NCBI GenBank assembly: GCA_002104945.1
Contig: MCFH01000009.1
Span: 310,001-374,000 of the forward strand
DNA length: 64,000 nucleotides
Source of the DNA: Piromyces finnis finn
Lineage: Eukaryota > Fungi > Neocallimastigomycota
Direction: 5' to 3'
The notes under the pieces are model-generated. The model saw nothing but the letters and a program-made list of their open reading frames with translations, had not been told where the DNA came from and ran no database searches. Both the position numbers and the translations under genes were made by a program. Shown in pieces: positions 35,801 to 48,554 of this stretch (its first letter is position 1; the number at the start of each line of letters is the position of its first letter).

Positions 35801-38800
35801 GGAATTGACTGAAAAATACGATAAAGATGAAACTAAAGAAAAGGAATTAACTGAAAAATGTAATCAATATGAAACTAAAGAAAAAGAATTAACTGAAAAA
35901 TGTAATCAATATGAAACTAAAGAAAAAGAATTGACTGAGAAATGTAATCAATATGAAGACCAAATTAAGCAATATGAAACCAAAGAAAAAGAAATTAACG
36001 AGAAATTCTATGATTTAGAAGATAAAAACAAAAAACTTCTTGAAGTAACTACAAAATACGAGCAAACAATTAAGGAACTGGAAATTAAAAATAATAATAT
36101 TACAATATTAGAAACAAAATTGAATAATATAACCAATAAAGAAGCTATCATTCAACAAGAGCTTTTTGAAAAAATAAAACTTTTAGAAAAAACAGAAAAA
36201 GAACTTAAAACAATCACAAGTCAATATAATTCAATTCAAAAAGAAAATGAAAATAATAAGAAAACAATTTCAAATTTAACTACCAGTGAAAATGAGTTAA
36301 AGAATAAATCCGAAATTATGGCAAAAGATTTAAAAAATAAACAGGAGCAAATAGAAATTATTCAAAAAGAATTATTTGATAAAATTAAAATGCTTGATCA
36401 GTCTGAAAAAGAATACAATGAATTGTCAAAAAAATCTGTAAGCAGAGATGACATTAATAAGGAAATTAACGATAAAGATAATGTAATTAACAATTTAAAG
36501 GATGAAGTTCAGAATAAAGAAAAATTAAACACATCCTTGCAAGAAAAATTATTAGAATTAGAAAATGAAATTGATATACTTAAAGTTAAAAATAGTGATA
36601 CTTTAAACAATTTAAATGAAAAATGTAATATTATTGAGAATTTAAATAATAAAACAGAGGAAATTAAAGAATTACAAGAAAAGTATAAAGAAGAAAATGA
36701 AAATTTAAAAAGTCAATTAAATGAATCAAAGGAAGAAAACATTAATTATCAAGACGAAATTAAGCAAAAAAATGAAAAAATTAAAAATACAATTGAAGAA
36801 TTTGAACAAATAAATAATAAATATAAGGAATTAATAGAAGAATATGAACAAAAAAATAATAAATATAATGAATTATCAGAAGAATGTGAACAAAAAAATC
36901 AAGAGCTTAATAATTATAAAAAAAATTATAAAGAAAAAAGTGAAATATATGATGAATTATTAAAAAAAGAAGAAAGTTTATTAAATGATATTAATGAAAA
37001 AAATAAAAAACTTGAAGAAGCAAAGATTAAAATAGAAATTAATGAAAAGAAATTAACTGAAAATGAAAAAAATATTGATGATATTAAAGGTCAATTAAAA
37101 ACAAAGGAAAATCAAATTGAAGAAATGAAAATCAAATTAAAAGAAAACGATGATAATTTAAAACAATTCCAAAAGGATTTAGAAAGTAGAGATATTAGAA
37201 TTAAAGAATTAGAAGATAAAATAGTAGTAAAAGATAGTGATTCTATATCATTATCAAATTCTACATCACCAGATAAATCAAAATCACAAGAATTAGAGAA
37301 AGTTAAAGAAGAATTAAGAAAATTAAAATTAAATTCTGTGACTGAAAGAAACAGGTGGGAGGCTGTTATTAGTCAACTTAGAGATGAACTAGCAAAAGCA
37401 AGAGAAGGATTATCTCTTCCATCAATTTTGTTATCATCAAATCCAAAAATATATCAAAATGCTAATCCAGAAGCAATCAGTTCAAGTAGTTCACCAACAT
37501 ATGCATCACCTGTTGAGTTTTCTGTTCTTGAAAATAAGTATCAATCTGTTATTTTACAATTAAAAGAAAAAATAGAAGAAATGAAAAACTCAGCTCCAAC
37601 TTCATATAATGTTTCATTTTTATATTCAAAGGATTATGAAATGATGAAAAAAAATTATGATAATTTAAAAATAAAAAGTGATAAATACGATGAATTAATA
37701 AAAAAATATAATATTGATGAAAATAATATGATAATTGAAAATAATATTGAAATTGAAGATACACCTATAATTAAGGAATCATTTTCTAATAAAGAAGATA
37801 AAAATACAGATGATAATATGACATCTGGTCAAAATGAATTTAAAGATGTCCAGATTGAAAATAATAATCAAATCATTGAAAATGAAGAAAAAACCAATGA
37901 TAATGTTGAAGAAGAAAATAAGGATGATGTTGTATGTAAAAAGACATCTGAAAATGAAAATGAAAACATTAAAAAAATTGAAGAGATACAAAAAGAATTA
38001 ACAGTAAAGAATAAACTTTTAAATGACTATCAAAGTAAATATAATAATATTATAAGTAATTTAGAAAGTAATATTCTTGAAGAAATCTACGAGAAAAATA
38101 ATGAAACTGAAGATAATGAATACCAAATAAAAAAACTAATAGATGATTATAAAAGTAAAAACAAAATCTCTAGTGAAAATGAAGCTGAACAAAATCTTGA
38201 TTCAATTGATATATCAATATTTAATGTAATAGAAATGGGTGTAAAAAGTATAATTTATGAACAAGATAAATTAAGATCTTCATTAGAAGAAGCCCATAAG
38301 ATTATAGATTTACAGCATGAAAAAATCGAAAGTGTAAATGAAGAAAATAATAATTTATTAGAAATAATGAATAGAGAAAAAATAAAAAAAGAGCAAGAAA
38401 AAATTGATTATATAATAAAGCCTGTTAATAACGATACAAAAAATTCATTAATAGACTCAATATCAAAGTTTAGCAATTCAAAAAATAATGAAAATGAATC
38501 AAATACCGATTTAAAAACATCATCTTCTGGTACTGGAATTAATAAATTGAATTTATCTCAAACTTTCAATAATTCAATGATTTCCTTAGATCCAAACTTA
38601 AAAAATCAAATCAATTCAATTATTAATGAAAATAATGAAGATGCTGATGCTTCAAATAATTCCAAAAAAATAAAATTAATTCTTAATTCTTTATTTGATA
38701 AATACAATACACTTGAACAAACCTATCGTATAGTAAATCAAAAATTAGAATACCAAAAATCAGCAAATCAGGATATTAAAAAAATGATTGTTTCAGCTCA

Positions 38801-38963
38801 GATAGGAAAAACAATAGATAATAATGAAAATGAAAATAATGATAATGATGATTTAATTATGAAGAAATATTGTGATCTTGTAGAGAAAAATAATGATTTA
38901 AATATTGAATTAGAAAAGAAACAAATAATAATTGAAAATCTACAAGAATTGTTAAATAAATAA
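32872..38963 (+). CDS. Giant coiled-coil protein (~1,900 aa, 4 exons) with a golgin/AKAP9/pericentrin-like N-terminal motif
   Basis: Exon 1-2 junction gives MDDYERKQLLIAGKKT|FQKFRNNKK. Joins to ORF 33243 via aag|GAT and to ORF 34341 via A|gtatgg..atag|TA. E/K/N-rich heptads throughout. Confidence 0.75.
35079..35960 (+). repeat. Coding tandem repeat: ~21 copies of a 42-bp / 14-aa unit (KEKELTEKCNQYET)
   Basis: Counted in the ORF 34341 translation; units 9-10 recur as 11-12 (84-bp higher-order repeat). Confidence 0.95.
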
Positions 38964-39734
38964 GCATAAACAGTAATAACAATAATTAATAACAATAATT
39001 CTTTTATTACTTATAACGTAAATAATTTGATTATAATAAGAAAAAAAATAAATTATTAAAAATATTCATATGCAATTATAATAAAAAAAAATAATATACT
39101 ATTCAATGTTATTATAATAATTATATAATAGCAATACCAATGCATTTATTTATCAAATTAATAGTATAATATTATAAATACATCATAGAAAAAATAAAAA
39201 AATAAAAATTTAATAAAATCTGTTAAAATATAAATTTTAAATATTAATAAATTAATAAATTTTATATATATATAATATCATAGTATATTTCCATATTATA
39301 ATAATATTTATATATAGTTTTTAATGCATATATTTTATATAATAAATAAAAATAAAAAAGAAAATAAAAAAAAATAATATACTATTATAAAAAATAGAAA
39401 TAAATATATATGTTTAAATATTTATTCAATGTAACTATTATTATGTTTTTTTTTTTTTTTTTTTTTTTTTTTTTGTTGTTGTTGTTGCTGTAATAAAAAT
39501 TTATTTTTATTTTATTTTTAAAATATTAAAATTTAACTCCTTAATTTTTTAAATAAATGGTACTGTATGGGCCAATTTTTTTTTTTAAAAAAAAAAAAAA
39601 ATGGTTAATCCTCATTAATATTATTTTTTATAGGTAGATAAAATTTATTATATTTTTTATCAAAAATTCAAATGTTCATATATTTGTAATCTATGTAAAA
39701 TTTAATTATACTATTTTAGATTACAATTAAAAAA

Positions 39735-42700
39735 ATGATAAAAGGAGAAAAAGAATTAAAAGAAACAAATATTCAAGTTGTTGTTCGTTTAAGACCAAGA
39801 AGTACAAAAGAAATAACAGAAAATTCTTCAATTTGTATTACAACTAATGGGATTAAAGGAAAAGAAATTCATTTAAAAACTAATTCATATGAATCAACTT
39901 CAAAAACATATACTTTTGATAGAGTTTTTGGACCAGAAGGTTGATACTATTATATTGAATTATTTAAGGCAATTGATATAAAATTTATGTTAATATATCT
40001 TTTTTATTTTTAAATTAAATAAGCTTCTCAATTCCTAGTATATAATGAAATTGTATCACCTATACTGAGAGAAGTATGTATATTTATTTTTTTTATATAA
40101 TGTTTAAATATAGTATAATTTGAATTTAAAATTAATTATAAATTTATTACAAAAAAAAAAAAAAAAATGGATTTTCAAATTAAAATAGGTATTAAAGGGC
40201 TATAATTGTACAATATTTGCTTATGGACAAACGGTAAATTTAATTAAAATAATATTATATATAAATTGAAATTTCGTATAATTACTTTTCTTCTTTTTTT
40301 TAAATTTTCCTTTCCTATTATTAACTTATATAATACTAAAATAAAATAATTAATTCTTTTTATATTAATTTTAAAAGGGAACCGGGAAAACGTAAATTTT
40401 AAAAAATTTAATGAAAATATAATTTTCAAAATATATTAATTTTTGTTTTATAGATACACTATGGAGGGTGACCTAGTAAATATCGGCGATACTTCAATGA
40501 CAATAGGAATTTACTGTGGAATAATACCAAGAACATTAATGAATTTATTTGAAATACTAGAAAGAGAAAAGGATGAAGTAAATTTTAAATTTTAAAATCT
40601 AAAATTTCAATAAATTTACATTTGGATACAAAATAACTTATTAAAATATATTTTTAATATAAAGTTTTCAGTAAGAGTATCATATATAGAATTGTACAAT
40701 GAACAGCTAAAAGATTTATTATCTATTGACGATAGAAAATTAAGAATTTATGAAGATGTAAATAAGAAAGGCGGTGTTGTAATTTCCAATTTAGAAGAAG
40801 TATTAGTGAAAAGTGCTAAGGATGTTATTCAAATTTTGCAAAGAGGTATATATTTTAGAATCATATAAAAGAAAATATTAATGCTTATTATATGCTAATT
40901 TATTTTTTTTAAAGGTGCCCAAAAAAGACAAATTGCATCAACTAATTACAATTTAAAATCGAGGTAATTTATTATTAATATAATTAACAAGTTGAAAAGT
41001 ACTAAACATTTATAATTTTTTTAAAATAAATAAGTCGTTCTCATTGTGTATTTTCAATTACAGTACATATCAAAGAAACAACACCCGAAGGAGAAGAAAT
41101 GCTGAAAGTAATATATATAAAACTTATTAATATTACTTTTAAACAAGTCTTTATATAACTAATATTAATAAATATAATTATTTGTAAGGTTGGAAAACTA
41201 AATTTAGTAGATCTTGCAGGTTCAGAAAATATTGGAAGATCAGGTGCTGAAAACAAAAGAGCTAGAGAAGCGTAATATATATAATTAAATACTAATAATA
41301 TATGAATTAAAAATAAAATAAAATTAATTTAATAATAAAAAATTCTGTTTATATAAGAGGATCAATAAATCAATCTTTATTGACTTTAGGAAGAGTAATC
41401 AATTCTTTAGTTGAAAGATCACCGCATATTCCTTATAGGTAAATTCATTATAAAAAATGAAAATTAAAAAGAATTATTGTTAATAATTTATATATATAAA
41501 GAGAATCAAAATTAACTAGGTTATTACAAGATTCTTTAGGAGGTAAAAATATAAATATTTATAGGTATAAGTTATATCATTTTTATAAATAAACTAATTA
41601 AAAATTATAGGAAGAACAAAAACATGTTTAATAGCAACAGTATCTCCAGCAAAAAGTAATATAGAAGAATCCATAAGTACTTTAGAATATGCTCATAGAG
41701 CAAAAAATATTAGAAATAGACCAGAAGTTAACCAAAGAATGACAAAGCGTGCATTAATAAAGGATTATACCGATGAAATTGAACGCTTAAAATTGGAATT
41801 ATTAGTAAGCATTAATGAAATTAAGTGTTATTATGTTATTATATCTATTTTCTTCATTTTTATGTTAATTAATATAATATATTATTAGTATTCAAGAGAA
41901 AAAAATGGTGTTTATTTACCATTAGATATATATTCTAACATTGTGGAAGAAAATAGAGTTAATAAAGAGCTTGTAACGGAAATGGAAAAAGAAGTTCTTG
42001 CAAAAGACGAAGCCATGAATGAACTTACAGGAAAATTTGCCTCTCAACAAAATCAAATAACATTTTTATCAAGAAAATTAGAAGAAACAAATGTAAGTAA
42101 AAATTAAATATCTTAAATAATATGAAAATCATATTTACTTATGATTTTATATATAATTTTTTTAATTATAATAATAAAAAAAAATAAATTCTTAAAAGAA
42201 AAAATTAGAATTAACAAAAGAAGAACTTTCAAGAAGTGAAGAAGAATGCGAAATAGCAAAGAAAAAATTGGATGAACAAATTATACTTACTGAAGCACAT
42301 AAAACAACAGAATTAACATTAAATTCGATAGCAAATACTCTAAAAGATTTAATGGAAAATAACTTAAATGATATTAATAAATTACAAAATAAAATAGGTA
42401 TATATTGGATAACAGAATATATAAAAACATATACAAAAGAAGTTTAATGAGTTTTTAATCGTATTATTATTATTAAATAAATAAACACTTTTAGAAAATA
42501 AAGAAATTATATCAAATCAGAATGATGAATTATTTGAATCATTAAAAGAATCTCTTAATAGTAAATTTAAAGAACTTGATGTTAATATTAAAAACTATCA
42601 TAATAAACAATCTGAATTTTCTCAAAATATTAATAAAACAATTAAGGATTATTTAATAAATAATAATAACGTAAGAGCACACTATATTTTAAAAATTTAT

Positions 42701-44198
42701 TAAATTTTGATATTATAAATATTATATACTAAAAAAAAAATATTTTAAATTTTAATTAATTTATTATAAAAAATTAAAACAAAAAGAATATAAAATCTAC
42801 TTATGAGTATTTCGATAAACAAATAGTAGCATTTCTTGACCATTATAAATCAACTAAATCAATATCATTGAATTACCAACTTTTTAATGATTCTATATTA
42901 ACGAAAATTGAAGCAATTCGTTCAAATCTTGTTAGCTTTATAGATCAAAAGAAAGTTGATTCAGAAAATAAAATAAATGAATTATGTAAAAGTATATCAG
43001 AAAAATTGGAAAGTCAAATTTTAAAAGTAAATTTATATATTTATATAAATATTAAAATTAGATTAAATATTATAAAATTGAAAAGTATTATATATAAATC
43101 TAAAAAAAATTTTTTTTACATAATTTTCAAAATACAAGTGGGATGAAAGTATATCCAATTACATAAATAAATTTGTTGAATTCCAAAAAATAATGACCAA
43201 AGTAATTACAAATCAAAATGAAACTATGGATATATTTAAATCAAAAGTTAATGATTTTATGAACGAAAATGTAAGTTGCAATTAAGTATAATTTTCTAGC
43301 TAAATAGATAAGGAATATTAAATTTTATACTAAATTACTAAAAATTATTATTTAATATTAATTTAAGAATCAATTACTTATTTCTCAAAATAATGAGCTT
43401 AAACAATACCAAGAGAATTATTTAAATGAAATAGAGAATAGAAAGAAAATCTTATTAAATAATGTAAATAAAATGATTGAAAGTTTTACTTCTGAAAACA
43501 TCTTATCAATAAATAATATTATTAATATAGTCAATACTTCCAACAAAACTTATAGAAATGATATCCTTTTATTTAAATTTAAAAATATATATAATTAAAT
43601 ATAAATTATAATTATATAAATAATTAACCTTAACAAATTATTACATCTCGGAAGCTTTTCATCATTTATGGAATCTAATATAAATTCAGTCAATAATAAA
43701 TTAATAGAAGATAAAAAATTGATTGATTCAAATTATAATGAATTATATATAGCAATTAAAGATATTGAAAAAGTAACTTTAAGTATAGATATATTAAAAA
43801 TAAATAAACCTTAATACTAATTCTTTAAAATTATAAATTAAAGGTTCCAAAAGAGAATATTAGTATTAACAAAGAAAATATGGAAAATATTAAACATTTT
43901 ATCGAAGAAGACTTCAAGAAAACAAATGATGTATTAAATGAATCCAATCTTAATCAAGAAAAAGAATATAAGAAAGTACAGGAATATTCTGAAAACTTCA
44001 AGTTAACATTAGGAAAAGAAGAGCAAAAAATTGGAGAAATGATTGATAGTAATAAAAAAGATAGTATACAGTTTATTAGTAAAAAAGTTAATAAAAATGA
44101 AAAAAATGTCGATGAATTAATAAGTATTGTTAGTATTTAATTATTATTGTTATTATTATTATATAAATACATTAAGATAACATTAAACTAAAATTATT

Positions 44199-44229
<31 letters not shown>

Positions 44230-44894
44230 TTATTATTTAGATTAATAATAATGAAAAATATAGTAAAGATTTTTGTAATATATTGAACTCTAATATAATT
44301 GTAACAAATGAAAATTTGAACAAAACATATTCTCAAGTTAAGGTAATTAAAATACTTAAATGTTTATTTTTCTTTAAAAAAAAAAAAGAACATCATATAT
44401 TAAAATAATCAAATATAAAACAATATTAGAAATATATACCCACAATGGATACACCAAAGAAGAAGATATATTCATATCCAAAAACTTGGGAATTAACAAA
44501 ACCGCATGGTATATGAATATTATTTTTAATTAATAATCCATATTTTTTTGATTATAAAATATACTAACCTATCATTTTTATATAAGAATTAATAATAAAT
44601 GAATATAAAGAAAGGCAGAAAGGAGATGATACAATAAGCAAACAAGAAACCGATACAACAATAGAAAATGAAAATAATAAATTAAATATTTTAAAAGAAA
44701 ATTCAGTAATATCAAATATAGAATCAGAAAATGAAGACAGCATAATATCATTTAAAGAAAACAAAAAAGTTCCTATAAATAATACCAAAGAATATTCAAT
44801 AAAACCGAAAAAGCGTGCTTTTAATTACACTAATTCGAAAGATCAAGCAGAACCTTTTAATAAGATGCAAAGAATTAATAGAATCAAACAGTAA
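39735..44894 (+). CDS. KIF11: Kinesin-5 (BimC/Eg5/KIF11) mitotic motor, >20 exons, including one AT-AC intron
   Basis: [89 protein letters not shown], and a BimC-box-like [17 protein letters not shown] possible upstream ATG-only exon lies at 39557-39559. Confidence 0.95.
43561..43644 (+). other. U12-type (minor spliceosome) AT-AC intron, 84 nt, phase 1
   Basis: 5' site G|ATATCCTTTT; branch point AACCTTAAC at 43626-43634; 3' site TTAC|. Removal restores the frame (..[13 protein letters not shown]..), while read-through hits TAA. Confidence 0.9.
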
Positions 44895-45367
44895 ATAATA
44901 ATAATCAAAAAATTTATGTATTTTACACATGTAATACATATTTTAAAATTGTTTTAATTATTTAATCTAAAATTTTGTAATTTAATTTAAATTTTGTATT
45001 TGTTTTAAAACTTAAATACATTAACAATTACATATAATCTACATAATGTATATTTCGTATTTATTTTATGTAACGTAACTATATCAGAAAATTAGAGTGT
45101 TATTAAAAAATTATAATATTATATTCTTTAAAATCTAATTCGTTAAAAAATAAAATATTAAAAATTTAATATGTAGATTTTAATTTTATTAAACGAAAAA
45201 AAAAAATTTTATTTATTTATAATAAAAAATTTTTTTTAAATGTAACCATTATTATACATTTGATTGGATAATATTCTGTGGCTGGATGATTTTACAGCTT
45301 TCACTACGATTTGGTTTTGTTGCTTTTTTGCTTCATTATCAATCCCTCTTTACGTTTAATAATTGAT

Positions 45368-45607
45368 GTATGTATAATAATATTGTTTTTTTTTTTATAT
45401 ATATATATATTTATTTATTTTAATTAATATTATTGAAAGATGTAAATATAAAAATATAGTTTCTATGTTAAGTGAAAATATGGATATTTGGAGGAATAAC
45501 AAAATATTGAAAATCAGTAAAATTAACAAAAACTAATTTAATTTATATATAAATTGTAATTTAAATTATTTAAATTAAAAAAAAAATAATAATAAAAAAA
45601 TAATTAG
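45368..45607 (+). other. Probable 5'-UTR intron of EGD2
   Basis: Canonical GTATGT donor at 45368 and TAATTAG acceptor 4 nt before the ATG; reverse CCAAT (GATTGG) near 45262. Confidence 0.45.
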
Positions 45608-45611
45608 CAAC

Positions 45612-46364
45612 ATGACCGAAGAAGTTAAAAACCAAGAAGTCGGAGAAGTCGAAGTCGAAAACACTATGGCTGGTACCAGAACCAACCAAAGTCGTTCTGA
45701 AAAGAAGGCTCGTAAGGCTATGGCTAAGATGGGTTTAATTCCAATTAACGGTATTAACCGTGTTGTTCTTAGACGTTCCCAAAACGTATGTTTTAAATGA
45801 CAATGATTAAAAATATGAAATTCAATAGTTGAGATTAAATTGAAAAAAATAAAAAATTTGGAAAATATTTTTAAATGAATTATTTGTAATCAATAATTGT
45901 ATAGATCTTATTCGTTGTTTCTCAACCAGATGTTTACAAGAGTTCTGCTGCTGATACTTACATTGTCTTTGGTGAAGCTAAGATCGAAGATATTAACGCT
46001 AAGGCTGCTGCTATTGCTGCTCAACAACGTAGAGCCCAAGAAGCTGCTGAAGCTGCCGCTAAGAAGAGTGAAGAAGAAGTTCCAGAAGCTGCTACTACTA
46101 CCGAAGAAGATGACAACGAAGCTGTTGACGAAACTGGTCTTGAAGCTAAGGACATTGAATTAGTTATGCAACAAGCCAATGTTACTCGTAGCAAGGCTGT
46201 TAAGGCTTTAAAGAACAACAACAACGATATTGTTAACGCTATTATGGTAAATTAATAATAAAATTCTATCTATAATAAAATTTTTAAAATGGACTATTTA
46301 ATTAATTTATAAATTTTATTTAATATTTTATTTAAACCCATTATTTTAGGAACTTACTATGTAA
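45612..46364 (+). CDS. EGD2: Nascent polypeptide-associated complex alpha subunit, 3 coding exons
   Basis: [25 protein letters not shown]|[29 protein letters not shown] ([32 protein letters not shown]|ELTM). Strongly biased codon usage. Confidence 0.96.
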
Positions 46365-46493
46365 ATTAACTTATAAGCAAATAATAATAAAAATAAAAAA
46401 TTCAAAAAGTAAAAAAAATAAATCAATAAAATTTTTGTTTAATATTTTTTATTAATTTTTTAAATAAAAATAATTAAACAGTATTAAATATAA

Positions 46494-48174
46494 TTATTTT
46501 ATGTGAAAATCGGACATGTTTGGAGTAAATTCACTTTTTTTTATTAAGTCGCGTTTTAAATTAAATAGTATTTCCTATTATAAGATTAAAGTTAATTTAG
46601 ATATGTAAGTTAATTGATAATTAAAAATTATATATGTAAAGTAAAGTACTTTGACGTCCTTATTTATGTTTGAATTATTTAATGTTTCATGTGCGAATGT
46701 TAATGATTCTAAGGCTCTATAAAAGGATAAAAAATAATAAATGAAGATAATTGTATATTTAAAAAAATTTAGTACTTTAACGGAATAATGTGATTTATAA
46801 ATGATATAGTGTTATATATTTAAGTACTTTGCATGATATATTATTTCTCCATATAAAAATTCGTCCATGGTATTTCGTAGTATTTTAAGTTTAGATCTGT
46901 TGAAGATTTCAATTGTGTTGGTAATGTTTTCATTTGTTTTATTTGACTAAAATAATTAAAGAAACGTAAGTAAAATAATTTATAGAAAAATAAAGGTAGT
47001 AAAATAAAATAATAAGAGTACACTGTTAATTCTATGATTCAAGTCATATTGTAAATTAGCCTAAAACATTAAAATTTATTTTAAATTATAAAGATTTAAT
47101 ACTCTGTAAAATCTAAATAAAATGTGTATTTTTCTATAAAAAAAAAAAAAAAAAAAAAAAAGATTAATTATTACTATTTTTTTTGAGTTTGTGGGATCTT
47201 TAATAACCGCTTTATTTAATGATGATTGAGATTTTATATCATTTTTAGTTGCTTCTTTGCTTTCTTGAATAATATCCTTTTTTTTTTTAAAAAAAAAAAT
47301 ATTTATATATATATAAATAAATAAATATTATTAAAAATAATTAATAGAAAATTAAAAATTTGTATATAAAAATCAAACCAACCTTTACTACTTTACAATT
47401 ATCCTATTTAATGATAATGGAAGGACAAAATATATGGTATATAAATATTTAAAATTAAGTCATTTTTCTCTATTTCTAATATATAAAAAATCGTATATTA
47501 TCACCAAAACGGATATATTTACCGATGAAAAAAAATCCAAATTTTTACAAATTCGTTGATTAATTCTATCATCTGTTATTTTTGTATAGTATTCAATTAA
47601 AGTTAAAGCATTTGATAATGCTTCTATATATTTTTTACTTGATGATGGAACCTGGGTACTACAATTTTTTAATACTTTAATTAATTTAAATAGTTGTTCT
47701 CTAACCTCTTTTTTATATTATTATTATTAGTAGTGGTAGTATTATCATTATTTTTATTTTTTATTTTCAATTAAAAAAATATATTAATAAAATTTTAATG
47801 AGTAACAAAATAAAAATATATTTATAAAAAATTAATAGTATTATAATTTATTCCATTTTACTTTCTTGCTTTTGAACATAGTTTTTAAATGTTTTTGTTA
47901 AATCATTAAATACCTTTTCTATTTTTTTTTAATAAAAAAGAAAAGACAGGAAGATAGAGAAAGAATATATATTATCATTTAGAAAATATATATCATTGTA
48001 TATTAAACATTTATTATTACTTTAAAAATTTTAACCTGTTTCTGCAACGTTTTTTTGTAAAAATTCAGTTGTTACAGAACTAATATATTTTTTATTTATT
48101 TTCAAAAACAATATAGTTTTAAGATATGTGTTAATTTATAATTTATTTTTTTTATACTAAATAACCTACCTCAT
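46494..48174 (-). CDS. CIBAR1: FAM92/CIBAR-family BAR-domain ciliary transition-zone protein, ~10 exons
   Basis: Spliced MSSVTTEFLQKNVAETEKVFNDLTKTFKNYVQKQEKVREQL..ENITNTIEIFNRSKLKILRNTMDEFLYGEIIYHAKALESLTFAHE aligns end to end with recalled FAM92A (QTKQLQTAVSNVEKHFGELCQIFAAYVRK..HLEETINNFERQKMKDIKTIFSEFITIEMLFHGKALEVYTAAYQ). Not in the ORF track in this frame. Confidence 0.8.
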
Positions 48175-48554
48175 CTTTTTATATTAAGGAAAATATTTTT
48201 ATTATAACAAATCTAATAGATAATATAAAATAATGAATAATGTGTTGTTGGTTTTCTATAACATATATTATTTATTTCCTATAATTTTTATGTTATTATT
48301 TCTTCTTTTTTTTTTAAAAATAAAAAGTTATAATGTTTATTTAAATGAAAACCAATTATGTTTGTTATTATTGAGCAGCAATAACTTTAAAACTTAAAAA
48401 ATTAATTAAAATTTTATACACATTATATGATTTTTTTTTACAATTTATTAAGTTTATATATATATAGAAATTTTACAAATAAATTTTATTTTATTTTATT
48501 AGTATTTTAGTACTATGGAAATTAATAAATTCCATAATCTAAAGTAATATTATT

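Noticed and set aside
35079-35960. Regularly spaced repeats as a possible CRISPR array
   Set aside because: Contiguous in-frame coding repeats without unique spacers, in a eukaryotic gene; no cas genes.
47274-47281. Other ATATCCTT matches (also ~29072, ~50131 and ~57846 on either strand) as further U12 donors
   Set aside because: They fall in exons, on the wrong strand, or in intergenic DNA, with no paired branch point/AC and no frame problem to solve.
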